IMG/VR virus record: IMGVR_UViG_3300010885_016694
Coordinates: 3,532 to 67,531 of that record
Source of the DNA: a virus
Length of the DNA stretch: 64,000 bases
Direction: 5' to 3' (one strand)
The number at the start of each line of letters is the position of its first letter. Positions within the stretch are counted from its first letter, which is position 1. Below the pieces are notes generated by a model. It was not told the origin of the DNA, ran no database searches, and saw only the letters and a program-made list of their open reading frames with translations. Below, one piece after another: positions 18,211 through 29,500 of the stretch. The position numbers and the translations under genes are program-made.

Positions 18211-19908
18211 ATGGCTAGAAATCCAAAAAAAGAAATTTACATGAATAACCCAGCTCTACCTACAGTAGAAGCTCAGTTTGAATGGACACCTAAAATGGTT
18301 TCAGAATTAAAAAAATGTAAAGAAAATATTTTACATTTTGCTGAAAATTATTTTTATATTATTAATACGGACGAAGGACGACAAACTATAAAATTACACT
18401 CATTTCAGAAAAAAGCACTTAGGATGATTCGTGATAATCGTTTCAGTCTTTTGTTGTTTAGTAGACAGGTGGGTAAAACTACTATTTCTACAATATTTTT
18501 ATTATGGGTTGCAATATTTCAAAACGATCAAAGACTATTACTTGTTGCAAACAAAGAAAATACGGCAAAAGAAATTTTTAGAAGAGTTAGATTTGGATAC
18601 GAAAATCTACCAAACTGGTTAAAAGCCCCAGTTCAGTATTATGGATTAGAATCAATGGAACTCGCAAATGGTTCTCGTATAGGTATTACTACGACAACAG
18701 GTACTGCTGGTCGTGGTTCTTCTGCTAATTTATTATTTGTTGATGAGGCTGACTGGATTGAACCGAATATGTTGAACGAATTTTGGGCATCGGTATATCC
18801 AATTATTTCTTCTTCAAAAAAATCAAAAATTATCATGGCATCCACTCCAAGAGATACATCAGGATTATTTTATAGATTATATGATCAATCCGTAAAAGGA
18901 GAAAGTGATTGGGCACACATGAAGGTTTTGTGGAATGAGGTGCCCGGTAGAGACGAAAAATGGGTTAAAGACACAAAAGGTGGTATGGCTGATCCTACTG
19001 CTTGGAAACGAGAATTTGAGTGCGAATTTGATGAAGTGGGAGAATCGGCTATTGATGTTGAACTTTTCGATGATATGAAAAGACAAACAATGGAACCCAT
19101 GTATGTATATGATGATGGGAAATATTTTTTATGGGAAAAACCAAATGAAGAAAAATTGTATGTAGCTGGTGTTGATATATCAGAAGGAGTCGGCAAAGAT
19201 GCTTCTGTTATACAAATATTAGATATTACAGAACCCAGAAGAATAAAACAGGTAGCTATATATCATAATAATAAAATATCTCCATCGGAATTCACCCCAA
19301 AATTAGCCGAAATATTACGACATTGGGGAAATCCTTTGGCTATGATAGAAAGAAATGGTTGTGGGGGTCAAGTTGTTGATAATTTAAAACGTGATTTTAA
19401 TTATGACAACATTGTAAATTGGGGAATTAACAAAATTGCATCCAGAAAATCCAATCAACATGGTATTGTTGCACATACAAATACCAAATCTGATGCAGTA
19501 ATGAATCAAAGATATTGGATTAATATTATGAAATCCGTTCAAATTAATGATGTTAACACTATAATTGAATTAAAAGATTTTATAAAACAAAAAAATAATA
19601 CATGGGGAGCAAAGCATGGATCGCATGATGACAGAGTTATGTCATTAGCATGGGCACTGATGGTATTACACGAAGAAATAGCTCCTGTATACTTTGATAT
19701 TGTGGAAAAAAATGAAAGCAGTAAACCAATGGTAATCAAATCAATGGATTATGGTATAAGATATTTTGAAAACCCAACATCAATATATACTAATGAAAAA
19801 AATGGTTTAGGTGGAGACGCATTACCTGTTTTTATGGGTAGCGGAAAAACCTCTGAAAATCCTGAATTGGATGATCTATATGGTCAAGGTTGGAGAAATT
19901 TGTATTAA
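18211..19908 (+). CDS. Terminase large subunit (T4 gp17-like)
   Basis: Walker A SRQVGKTT, Walker B LLFVDE, ASTP, nuclease GVDISEG...HDDRVMS; start at ATG 18211 (TAAGTA-N5). Confidence 0.96.
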   Translation: MARNPKKEIYMNNPALPTVEAQFEWTPKMVSELKKCKENILHFAENYFYIINTDEGRQTIKLHSFQKKALRMIRDNRFSLLLFSRQVGKTTISTIFLLWVAIFQNDQRLLLVANKENTAKEIFRRVRFGYENLPNWLKAPVQYYGLESMELANGSRIGITTTTGTAGRGSSANLLFVDEADWIEPNMLNEFWASVYPIISSSKKSKIIMASTPRDTSGLFYRLYDQSVKGESDWAHMKVLWNEVPGRDEKWVKDTKGGMADPTAWKREFECEFDEVGESAIDVELFDDMKRQTMEPMYVYDDGKYFLWEKPNEEKLYVAGVDISEGVGKDASVIQILDITEPRRIKQVAIYHNNKISPSEFTPKLAEILRHWGNPLAMIERNGCGGQVVDNLKRDFNYDNIVNWGINKIASRKSNQHGIVAHTNTKSDAVMNQRYWINIMKSVQINDVNTIIELKDFIKQKNNTWGAKHGSHDDRVMSLAWALMVLHEEIAPVYFDIVEKNESSKPMVIKSMDYGIRYFENPTSIYTNEKNGLGGDALPVFMGSGKTSENPELDDLYGQGWRNLY

Positions 19909-19916
19909 ATATAAAC

Positions 19917-20492
19917 ATGAATCATTATGATCAATCAATTTTAAACAAATCAAGAAAAGACAAATTTACACTTACTGTAGTTTTGCCTAAAGAATTGATA
20001 TCACATAATAAAAGATTTGATAGAAGTAATAATAATGTAAGCTTGGACACCCTTCAATTTTCTATATATGGAGTTGTAGTACCAAAAAACAATATACCAC
20101 AAGAAGATGCCAGATATGCTGGCGGTAATGTTTATGTTTCTTCTCACAATAAACCATCATATGATCCAGTTAGTGTTAATTTTACAATTGATAATGAATT
20201 TAATAATTATTGGGTAATCCATAAATGGTTAGATTTACTCAGAAATGAAAAAACTGGGATATACGGAGGAGATGAAATTTATAAAAAAGACATGGGATTA
20301 GGTAGTTATACTAGTGATTTTATTTTAACAGCAAAAGATGAATTTCATAATGATGTTATACAATGGACATATAAAACTGCATTTCCGATAGGATTAGGGG
20401 AAATAACTTATAATCATAGAGATGCTGGAGAAATTGAAACGTCTTTTGAATTTGTTTTTAGAAGAATTGAAACAAATTTATTAAAAGTATAA
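19917..20492 (+). CDS. Tail tube-fold protein (gp3/gp19-like)
   Basis: YDPVSVNFTIDNEFNNYWVIHKW...AFPIGLGEITY; TAAATA-N5-ATG 19917. Confidence 0.75.
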   Translation: MNHYDQSILNKSRKDKFTLTVVLPKELISHNKRFDRSNNNVSLDTLQFSIYGVVVPKNNIPQEDARYAGGNVYVSSHNKPSYDPVSVNFTIDNEFNNYWVIHKWLDLLRNEKTGIYGGDEIYKKDMGLGSYTSDFILTAKDEFHNDVIQWTYKTAFPIGLGEITYNHRDAGEIETSFEFVFRRIETNLLKV

Positions 20493-20524
20493 AAAAAATC
20501 AAGTAAAAAATACTAAATATCTTT

Positions 20525-23506
20525 ATGGCAAGAAGCATACAATCCCCCGGTGTAGAAATAGTCGAAAAGGATCTTTCGTTATCACCAGTATTACCAGTAG
20601 GAACTAATATATTCATGACTGGATTTGCTGGGAAAGGACCATCTGATGAAATTCTACAAATAACATCTTTAGAAGAATTTGAGCAAGTATACGGAGTACC
20701 AACCAATTCGGCTGAAAGGTATTTCTACTATAGTGCTCGTCAAGTTTTGAACAGTTCATCAGGAAACCTTTTCCTCAGTCGTATGCCTTATGGTGATGGT
20801 ACTGGTGACGGTTATGGCACATCATATGGAGCATTGGTTTATCCTGCTGTTGCTGTAAAGCAAATGTTTGTAGAACAATATTCAAATACTATAATTCCTG
20901 TATTGTCTACCATGTTTTTGTTGTCTTCTGTAAACACAAAAATTAATGCAAACAGAGAATTGTTAGGAATTAAATCCAGTTTACAAACCAACGGATTGCA
21001 AACATATCAAATTTTCAGTTCCAAAGCTGGAGAAGATTTGATTGCTGGTTGGAATGCATATTATCAATATAATCGTGCATTAACTGGATTCGACGTAACT
21101 TTAAATGCTGATGTTAGTGCATTAGCAACACAAGCAAGAGACACCGCATCAATTTTTGTAAAATCCACACTTACAACTAAAGCTGAAGTTTATAGAAATA
21201 CAGCATTAATTGATAAACAATTTTTCCAATTATCTTCTGTAGTAAATAGAATTGATTCGGTTCCAAGTTTATATGTAATTAAACATTCATTAACTTCAGT
21301 TGGATTGTCTTCTTATGATGTGTTCAACACCGTTGAAGGTGCTGCATTAGTTTCTGGATTGACTGAATATTATACAAATAATTACAACAGTCCAATTGCA
21401 TACTACAGAAATTTAGCATTAAGTGCAAAATCAGTTTCTGACTTTTTGGTAAAATCACCAGATACTGTAGTAACTACAGATTTGGAATCCGATTTGACAA
21501 ATAAATGTACATATGTCTTAGGTGCTCCTAAATTCTTTGATTTGACTTTTGAACAATATCAAGGAGTATTAGACAGTTCTGCATTTTCAAATACCAATTA
21601 TGTGTGGTCTAAAAATTCCGCAGCTTTGTCTGGTATTAATGGTCCTGCTGACTTCGGTAAAGCTGGTATGATCATAGTTAATAAAATTCAATCTACAATT
21701 AACAACAGATTTGAAGGACATTATATTGGTTTAGCTGATAATACTGGAATTCAACCAAATACCGACCATAATGCAATTAAATCAATATATACAAATGGTC
21801 AACCTTCAATGGGAACTGGTTTGAAATTAAATGGTGCTAGTGCTGCAACCAGATATCTCGAAATACCTGTATCTAAACTTTCATTCCCATTATCTGCAAC
21901 AGCAGATAATGGAAGTAATAGAAATTCTGATAGCATTTCTGAGGCATTGGAAAAGACTTCATTCCCATTTGCTGATATTACCACAGAAAAATTTGATGAT
22001 ACTGTATCTTTTGGATTATTCAAGCTTCGTACAAGCCCATACAATCCTGATGCCGTAACATTAGGATTTGCATTTGAAGAAGCAAGAACTGGATCGTTTG
22101 ACCATTATCGTCAAGTAAATAATCCGAATGGCGGAATTCCTCAAAGTTTCTTTATTGAAAATACTGTAAATGGATCAAACAACATTCAGTTGCTTGTCAA
22201 TAGTTTCATCAGCTCTAAAAACATTGGTCCTTGGTTGGATGATGCTGGAATACCAATCAAAAAGGTTCGTGTTTTAACTCAAAATGCTCAAAATAATTTA
22301 ACTTCTAGTTACGAAAATTTAGCAGGATCTTATGGATACCATTTACACGATTTGGTGCAAATTCGTCAATACTTAGATAGTTCTGATGCACTATTTCCAA
22401 TTGGTTGCTATTCTTCTTTCACAACTACTGGAAAGAGCATTGGTTCACTTCCATTTAAAATAGATCGTACTCTTCGTAAGATTGAAAACGATGAATTGTT
22501 TGATTTGGATATTGTTTGTGAAGCTGGTCTAGGAACTATCTACGCAACCGCATGTGCAAACCATGTTAATTATTTCGATGATGCTCAAAGCTCTGATGGA
22601 TTAATCAAAGGCGTGCAAGCAATTTGTCAAAATGAAATGGCTAATGTTCAAGATGATAGAGATAGTGTTACACTAAACTATCGTACAATATTCCAAACTT
22701 TTGATAATTTCTGTTCAAAACTTCGTAAAGACTGTTTGTTCATTGCAGATCCTTTGAGACAGATATTCATTACTGGTTCAAATAACTTGGTAATGTCTGA
22801 TCATAATAAGTCATTCTCGCAATACATATACAATCCATTACGCCACATGTACGAAACCGCAAATAGTAGCTATTCTACTGTTTACGGAAACTGGGTGAAA
22901 GTTAATGATATTTTCTCAGGCATAAATATATGGGTTCCATTCTCTGGATTTGCTGCTGCTGATATGGCAAATGTCGATAAAGACTTTGAACCTTGGTATG
23001 CACCTGCTGGATTTACCAGAGGACGTATTACTAATGCAATACAATTAGCAATTGCACCAAAACAAAAGGAACGTGACATGCTTTATAAAATATCTATAAA
23101 TCCCGTGGCATTCTTCCCAAATGATGGTATGAATATTTTTGGTCAAAAGACCTTACTACGTCAACCAAGTGCATTTGATCGTATTAATGTTCGTAGATTG
23201 TTCTTGTACTTAGAAAAAGCTACTAAAAAAACCACAAAATATTTTGTGTTTGAACCTAATACATCATTCACAAGAAATCGCGTAGTTGCGACACTATCAC
23301 CTATTTTTGATAGAGCTAAAAATACCCAAGGGTTATATGATTATCAAATTGTTTGTGATCAAAGAAATAATACTCCAGCAGTAATTGATCAAAATGAATT
23401 AGTTGTTGATATTTATATCAAGCCTGTTCGTTCCGCAGAATTCATATTAGTGAACTTCTACGCAACTTCTACTGGATCTAACTTTAACGAAATAATTGGT
23501 GCTTAA
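20525..23506 (+). CDS. Tail sheath protein (T4 gp18-like) with large insertion
   Basis: SPGVEIVEKDLS N-terminus; PWYAPAGFTRG, FDRINVRRLF, FEPN, IKPVRSAEFI. Confidence 0.96.
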   Translation: MARSIQSPGVEIVEKDLSLSPVLPVGTNIFMTGFAGKGPSDEILQITSLEEFEQVYGVPTNSAERYFYYSARQVLNSSSGNLFLSRMPYGDGTGDGYGTSYGALVYPAVAVKQMFVEQYSNTIIPVLSTMFLLSSVNTKINANRELLGIKSSLQTNGLQTYQIFSSKAGEDLIAGWNAYYQYNRALTGFDVTLNADVSALATQARDTASIFVKSTLTTKAEVYRNTALIDKQFFQLSSVVNRIDSVPSLYVIKHSLTSVGLSSYDVFNTVEGAALVSGLTEYYTNNYNSPIAYYRNLALSAKSVSDFLVKSPDTVVTTDLESDLTNKCTYVLGAPKFFDLTFEQYQGVLDSSAFSNTNYVWSKNSAALSGINGPADFGKAGMIIVNKIQSTINNRFEGHYIGLADNTGIQPNTDHNAIKSIYTNGQPSMGTGLKLNGASAATRYLEIPVSKLSFPLSATADNGSNRNSDSISEALEKTSFPFADITTEKFDDTVSFGLFKLRTSPYNPDAVTLGFAFEEARTGSFDHYRQVNNPNGGIPQSFFIENTVNGSNNIQLLVNSFISSKNIGPWLDDAGIPIKKVRVLTQNAQNNLTSSYENLAGSYGYHLHDLVQIRQYLDSSDALFPIGCYSSFTTTGKSIGSLPFKIDRTLRKIENDELFDLDIVCEAGLGTIYATACANHVNYFDDAQSSDGLIKGVQAICQNEMANVQDDRDSVTLNYRTIFQTFDNFCSKLRKDCLFIADPLRQIFITGSNNLVMSDHNKSFSQYIYNPLRHMYETANSSYSTVYGNWVKVNDIFSGINIWVPFSGFAAADMANVDKDFEPWYAPAGFTRGRITNAIQLAIAPKQKERDMLYKISINPVAFFPNDGMNIFGQKTLLRQPSAFDRINVRRLFLYLEKATKKTTKYFVFEPNTSFTRNRVVATLSPIFDRAKNTQGLYDYQIVCDQRNNTPAVIDQNELVVDIYIKPVRSAEFILVNFYATSTGSNFNEIIGA

Positions 23507-23524
23507 CAATAAATAATAATACAT

Positions 23525-24118
23525 ATGCAAACAGATCAAGTAATCAATACGTTTTACGATAATGCAATTATAGATGATTTTTCAAGAGATTATCTATTCC
23601 GTGTGGAATCAATAGTAATAGATGGTCTTAGAGGACCAGCATTAATATTAGATCCTACCGATCTATTGTACGCTAGAACCGCTAAACTACCAGGACGTAC
23701 AATTGTCAATCATCAAGTAAAATATGCTGGTCAGACCTTTAATGTTCCCGGTTCCGTTGAATATCCTGGTAGCGAAAGCTACGAAATGGAATTCTACTGT
23801 CCAGAAACTTCCACTATCAGAGAAAGATTAATGAATGAATCTCACAGAACATTCGGTAATGTTTTCGGTCTAGCTGGTAGTGGTAGAACTGGTGGTTCTA
23901 TTACAAATCGTTTTTCCAAAATAACACTATTACAATTAGATAAGCGTTTAGACGTAGTTTCTCAATATGAATTGATTGGATGTTCAATTCGTAATGTTGG
24001 TGAAATATCTTATAGTATTGCTGATGGTAATGGCGCAATTATGTCATTCAACGTAGGAGTTGCCTACCATTTCTTCCATCGCAAAAATAATAATGGTGTT
24101 ACTGCAAATAATAGTTAA
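23525..24118 (+). CDS. Tail tube protein (gp19-like)
   Basis: Follows the sheath; RTAKLPGRT..., ITLLQLD..., VGEISY...FNVGVAYHFF. Confidence 0.85.
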   Translation: MQTDQVINTFYDNAIIDDFSRDYLFRVESIVIDGLRGPALILDPTDLLYARTAKLPGRTIVNHQVKYAGQTFNVPGSVEYPGSESYEMEFYCPETSTIRERLMNESHRTFGNVFGLAGSGRTGGSITNRFSKITLLQLDKRLDVVSQYELIGCSIRNVGEISYSIADGNGAIMSFNVGVAYHFFHRKNNNGVTANNS

Positions 24119-24126
24119 ATAGTTTA

Positions 24127-24825
24127 ATGCCAGCGGAAACACAAACGCCAAGTTTAGTAAATAATTTTTTAGATTTACTTGGGGGAGATTGGGCATATGC
24201 TCTCCCCTTAAAAACTCAATGGACTGTTGTGATTCAACCAGATGCTGGGAATAATTTGTTTTCAATTATAGGTGATTATACTGATGTAGATGTTCATAAT
24301 TTTAAAGTATCACCTAGCATACAAACTAAATTACTTAATAATAAGACCCAACCCAATATTGATGGGTTGGGTCTTTATTTTGCTCAATCGGTTAAAATGC
24401 CTAAAGAATCTTTTACTGTAGGCAGTGCGGGTGTAGATGGGATGGCTGGTTATCTAAAGGGTAGTATTGCTGGAGATAGGTTAGATAATATAGGAAGACA
24501 TTTAAACATTGATTTTCTAGAAACTAATGTAGATTTTGTCGAAGGATTAATTAGACCTTGGATTATTGCTGCTTCTTATAAAGGATTAATAGACATAGGA
24601 ACAGGTAATTCTATAAAATCAACAATTACCGTTAGAGAATTTACCAGAGAAAGCGGTAAATCAAAAAAACCAGAAAGAATAAATCACATATTTACTGGTT
24701 GTGTTCCAATAGACATTCCAGAAAAAATATTAAAATACGATACAGAAGAACCATTGATAAATTCTGTATCATGGATATATAATCATTATACTTATGTAGT
24801 CGATCCAGCTACTAATAGGACTTAA
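24127..24825 (+). CDS. Tube-like baseplate-tail junction protein (gp54-like)
   Basis: AQSVKMP...IDFLET...RPW...FTGCVP tube-fold pattern. Confidence 0.6.
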   Translation: MPAETQTPSLVNNFLDLLGGDWAYALPLKTQWTVVIQPDAGNNLFSIIGDYTDVDVHNFKVSPSIQTKLLNNKTQPNIDGLGLYFAQSVKMPKESFTVGSAGVDGMAGYLKGSIAGDRLDNIGRHLNIDFLETNVDFVEGLIRPWIIAASYKGLIDIGTGNSIKSTITVREFTRESGKSKKPERINHIFTGCVPIDIPEKILKYDTEEPLINSVSWIYNHYTYVVDPATNRT

Positions 24826-25724
24826 TGAAATTTAATAATAAAATATATTTACCAATTATTAAAAAATTTGTTAGAGTAGAGCCATTAGTCAATAAACATT
24901 ATTTAGAATTATCTAAATTTATAACAAATAATGATGATGAAGGTATATCAGATTATTTGAATTATATTGTAAGTGAAGTATTGTTTGAAAAAAATGTATT
25001 AAATGATTTATCTAACATAGATAAATTTATAATAATTTTAAGTTCTAAGATTATATCTTCGGGAAGCAAGATAAGCATACTTGGAACAAATAATGTAAAA
25101 ACCGAATTTTCATTAAGCGGTATTATTAATAATATTGTAAAAAAAATAAAAGATTTTGATTATGAAAAAATAATAACTTCTGATAATTTAGAAATTACAA
25201 TATCTCTTCCCAAAAATTTATTAATACAAGATATAGATCAAATTTATAAAGAAATAATAAACAAAATAAAAATTAATGATGAATGTATATTTTTTAATAA
25301 CTTGACAGAAAAAGAAAAAGTTGATATAATGGAAATTATTCCAATTTCTTTAACAGGAGATATTATGGACTATATCAATAAAATACAAGACATTTTTAAA
25401 AATGCTAGTATTATTCAAGAAAATTTAAAAATGGGGATGCAAAATTTAACATTAAATGCATTTGATAATACTTTATTTGTGTTTATAAAATCTCTTTTTG
25501 GAGAAAATTTAAAAAATTATTACGAATTACAATATATATTATATACTAAATTAAATATGTCTTTGGAACATTATATGTCTATTACTCCGAATGATTGCAA
25601 AATATTTATTAATTTGTATAACGAAGACATGAAAAAACAACAAGAAGAACAGCAAAATGGGTCTTCTGGTGGTATGCCTAAATTGCCTCCAATGCCGTCG
25701 ATGCCATCAGCTCCTAAATTTTAA
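24825..25724 (+). CDS. Baseplate hub assembly protein, gp26-like with gp51-like C-terminus
   Basis: LSNIDKFIIIL...G; C-terminal LKNYYELQYIL...MSITP...IFINL. Confidence 0.55.
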   Translation: MKFNNKIYLPIIKKFVRVEPLVNKHYLELSKFITNNDDEGISDYLNYIVSEVLFEKNVLNDLSNIDKFIIILSSKIISSGSKISILGTNNVKTEFSLSGIINNIVKKIKDFDYEKIITSDNLEITISLPKNLLIQDIDQIYKEIINKIKINDECIFFNNLTEKEKVDIMEIIPISLTGDIMDYINKIQDIFKNASIIQENLKMGMQNLTLNAFDNTLFVFIKSLFGENLKNYYELQYILYTKLNMSLEHYMSITPNDCKIFINLYNEDMKKQQEEQQNGSSGGMPKLPPMPSMPSAPKF

Positions 25725-25772
25725 CTCCTATATAATCTCTTGTAATTCCTTCTTCACAGTATAAATCATATT

Positions 25773-26522
25773 ATGAGTGTTAATAACATCCTATCTAAAT
25801 TAAAAGAGATTAATGATTCAAATTTAGTGTCTGTTTATGTTCCTTCTGTTGGAAAAAGTGTTGATTTTAAACCAATTTCTGTAAAACAACAAAAAGATTT
25901 AATTAAAAGTGGATTGGACGGAACACTTTCTGGTATTACTATCAGTAATACAATAAATCAAATTATAATTGATAATTCCGTAGAAAAACATCCATTTGTT
26001 GTTACTGACAAATATCCTATAATTATTGCTCTTAGAAGGCAATCATTTGGTTCTGAAGTTATCGTTAAGCAAGATGGTAAACAAATTAATTTTAATTTAG
26101 ATCGTATTCTTGTTAAAAAGTTACAATATAGTTCTACTAGTCAACATGCTATTGAATTGACTGGAACCGAATTAAAAGCACATTTAGATTTAGTTTCTTT
26201 GGAAGATGATATTAAAATTAATAATATTCAATTGGAAAAGTCTAGAAAAAATAAAGACGAAGAAATTAGTGAAACTGTAGGATCTTTATTTATTTATGAA
26301 ATTGTTAAATTTGTTTCAAAAATTGAAATTGGTGAAGAATCTGTTGTAGATATGTCAAAACTTCCTATTAAGGATCGTTTAACTATTATAGAGAATATTC
26401 CTGCTACACTGAATAATCAAATTTTAGAATATATCCAACAATTCAGGAAAGAAGAGATGGATTATATAACGGTAGACGGAGAATCATTACCAATTGATGC
26501 AAGATTGTTCTCTAAAGAATAA
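25773..26522 (+). CDS. Baseplate hub assembly protein (gp26-like)
   Basis: VPSVGKSVDFKPISVKQQKDLI...D..IIIALRRQSFG. Confidence 0.7.
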   Translation: MSVNNILSKLKEINDSNLVSVYVPSVGKSVDFKPISVKQQKDLIKSGLDGTLSGITISNTINQIIIDNSVEKHPFVVTDKYPIIIALRRQSFGSEVIVKQDGKQINFNLDRILVKKLQYSSTSQHAIELTGTELKAHLDLVSLEDDIKINNIQLEKSRKNKDEEISETVGSLFIYEIVKFVSKIEIGEESVVDMSKLPIKDRLTIIENIPATLNNQILEYIQQFRKEEMDYITVDGESLPIDARLFSKE

Positions 26523-26541
26523 ATGGGTATAAATATTATTG

Positions 26542-29500
26542 GTGGATGATACTAAACTAATATCAAATCTAGATTCGATAACCAAACAGTTGCAGAAGAT
26601 CGCTGCAACTATTGGTATTTCTGTGGGTATTTCTGATAAAGGGGGAAAACCTAAACTAAAATCTACCTTAGATACCTCAGAAAAGGCTAGAACTAGAGCA
26701 ATTGCAAAAGAAACCGCAGACGAATATAAAAAGGTTTTAGGTATTGGGTTTAAAAAAAGTGATTCGGAAAGTAATGTTAAAATATTTGATGATAAATTAA
26801 AAATAACATCATTTTTTAAAAATACAGAATCGGTTTTTAAAAAAATATCAAAAAGCGTAGATTCATTAGTCACTATAAATGCAAATACTTCTACTAAAAG
26901 TATTAATGGTATATCTGCATCAAATCAAATATTATCTAGTATAGCTTCAAAAATTAAAGATTATACATCAAACTTTCTTTCATTAGAAAAAAAGTTTGAT
27001 CTTCCAGAAGAAGGATCAAAGGACTATACATCAATTTTTGATAAATTACAAACTACTTTAAATTCTATTTTTAATAATACAAAAAAAGATTATACACAAA
27101 ATTTAAAAACTGTCGAGACATCTTTATCAAGAATATCATCAAATTTACCAAAAGATTATACATCAATATTTTCTAAATTACAAACTTCGTTAAATTCTAT
27201 TTTTAATAATACAAAAAAGGATTATACACAAAATTTAAAAAATGTAGAAACATCTTTATCAAGAATATCATCAAATTTACCAAAAGATTATACTACAAAC
27301 TTCCAAGCTATAGAAGGATCTTTAAATTCCATAGCTACAAATACCCCAAAGGATTATACTACAAACTTCCAAGCTATAGAAGGATCTTTAAATTCCATAG
27401 CTACTAATGTTCCTAAAGATTATGAACTAAACTTCCAAGCTATAGAAGGATCTTTAAATTCTATAGCTACTAATGTTCCTAAAGATTATGAATCGTATTT
27501 TCAGGCTATACAGAGTTCTCTTTTAATTGTGTCCACTAATGTTCCAAAAGATTATGAACCAATTTTTACAGAGACTAATAGTAAATTAGAAACAATAAAA
27601 AAGGGAATATTAGATTTATTTGGATCTATTCCTAACGGTAGAGATATAGCCAGAGGTTGGGACTTACTTCTTAGGAGAATGAAATGGGAAAGTTTTAGAA
27701 CAATAGTAACTGATTATTTTGTAAGAGCTGAATTAGCAGCAACTGGTTTAAATGAAAAGCTATCTGAATTAATTCAAGTAAACACAGATATTTTAAATAA
27801 AAAACCAAAGGATTCTGGTGGAGGATCAATGAATTTGGGTAATATTGCTGGATTGATGGCACTAGGTGTTGGATTAGTGTTAATTATAAACGCTTTAGTA
27901 AAATCCAATATGATAGATACTGGTAATTTACTCAAAGTATTAGGTGTTGTGGGTGCGGTGGTAGCAATGTTTATATTTGTTGGAAAGGTTGGAGGCGGGA
28001 TTAAAAGTGCTGCTGTTGGTTTTGGTATATTGTCTGCAACTATTTTATTTTTAATTATACCGATGATGCTGGCTTTAACTAAAATAGATGCATCAACATT
28101 AATAGAAGGTTTAATTAAATTGGGAGTAGTGTTTGCAACTTGTATTGGAGTGTTAAAATTGATGAGTATGATCAAATCTAGTGAGGTGATACAAAACACT
28201 AAAGGATTTGGTCTATTTGCGTTAATAGTAGGATTTCTGGTAATACCATTAATTACACATATTACATCAATACCATATGAACAATTAATTGAAGGACTAG
28301 TTAAATTAGCATTAGTATTTGGTGCTTGTTTGCTTGCAATGAAAGGTGCTGAACAAATTAAAGGAGGAGAAGTGATGAAATCTATGGGTGGAGTACTTAT
28401 TCTTTCGTTGATGTTGAAATTTTTAATTATACCAATGCTTCTTGAAATGGCAAATTTAGATTGGACTTTATTATTAAAAGGTTTAGCTAATGCTGGATTA
28501 GCAATTATTGGGATGGGTGCAATTGCTTATGTTATTGGTCAGTTATCAAAAAAAGGTGGTGCAAACATGCTTATGGGTGCAGCTACGATGCTGGCTTTGT
28601 CTTTTGTTGTCGGATATTTGGGAGATTCGTTAACTAAAGTTGCGAATAAAGACTGGAAAGAGATTTTTAAAGGTTTGGGATTAGCTACATTAGCTATTGT
28701 TGCATTTGGATTAGCAGTAGCAGCAATAGGAGCATTGGTTGCCAATCCAGTAGCAGCATTATTGCTTGGTGCTGGTGCTATTGCTATAGTTGGACTTTCC
28801 TTTGTTGCTGGATATATGGCAGATTCTTTAAGTAAATTTGCTGGACATGATTGGAATGAAATAACAAATGGAATATCTGGATCAGCAATGGCAATGTGGA
28901 CTTTTGGTAAAACTGTAGCAAAAATGGGAGTTTTGGCTGTATTAGCAGCTCCATTCATGGTAGCTGGTGGTGCAGTTTTAATGAAATTGGCACATGTTTC
29001 TGGGTTATTAGCATCGAACTTACAACAATTTGCGGGAAGACCTTGGGACGAAATAGTACCTGGTTTAAGGGGTGCTTCTGACGGCATGTGGTCTTTTGCA
29101 AAAACCGTAGCAGGAATGGGAGCAATAGTCAAAATTTTTGGAAGTTCAGTAATGGACACAGGATCAGCAGTATTATATGATCTTTCTATATTAGCTGGAG
29201 TATTGGCAAACAATCTTATGGAGTTTGCTGATAAGCCTTGGGATAGTATTATAGGTGGATTGGAGTCATCAACAGTTGCTATGGCTAAATTCGGCCTTTT
29301 TGTGGCGGGAGTGGGTGTTTTTTCTAAGCTAATGGAAATGGGTATTGATGTGGTATATAAAATATCAGATTTGATAGGTAATATTGCCGAAAATTTATTT
29401 AAATATGCAGGAGTAGATCAGATTAATTTTGAACAAATTGGAAAAGGTTTGATATTTTTGGGTGAAGGACTCAAAGGAATGTTTATGGGGTCATTAGGAA

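Noticed and set aside
18211-23506. Intein or intron in the terminase or sheath
   Set aside because: Terminase length is ordinary; the sheath insertion lacks intein terminal residues and homing endonuclease motifs
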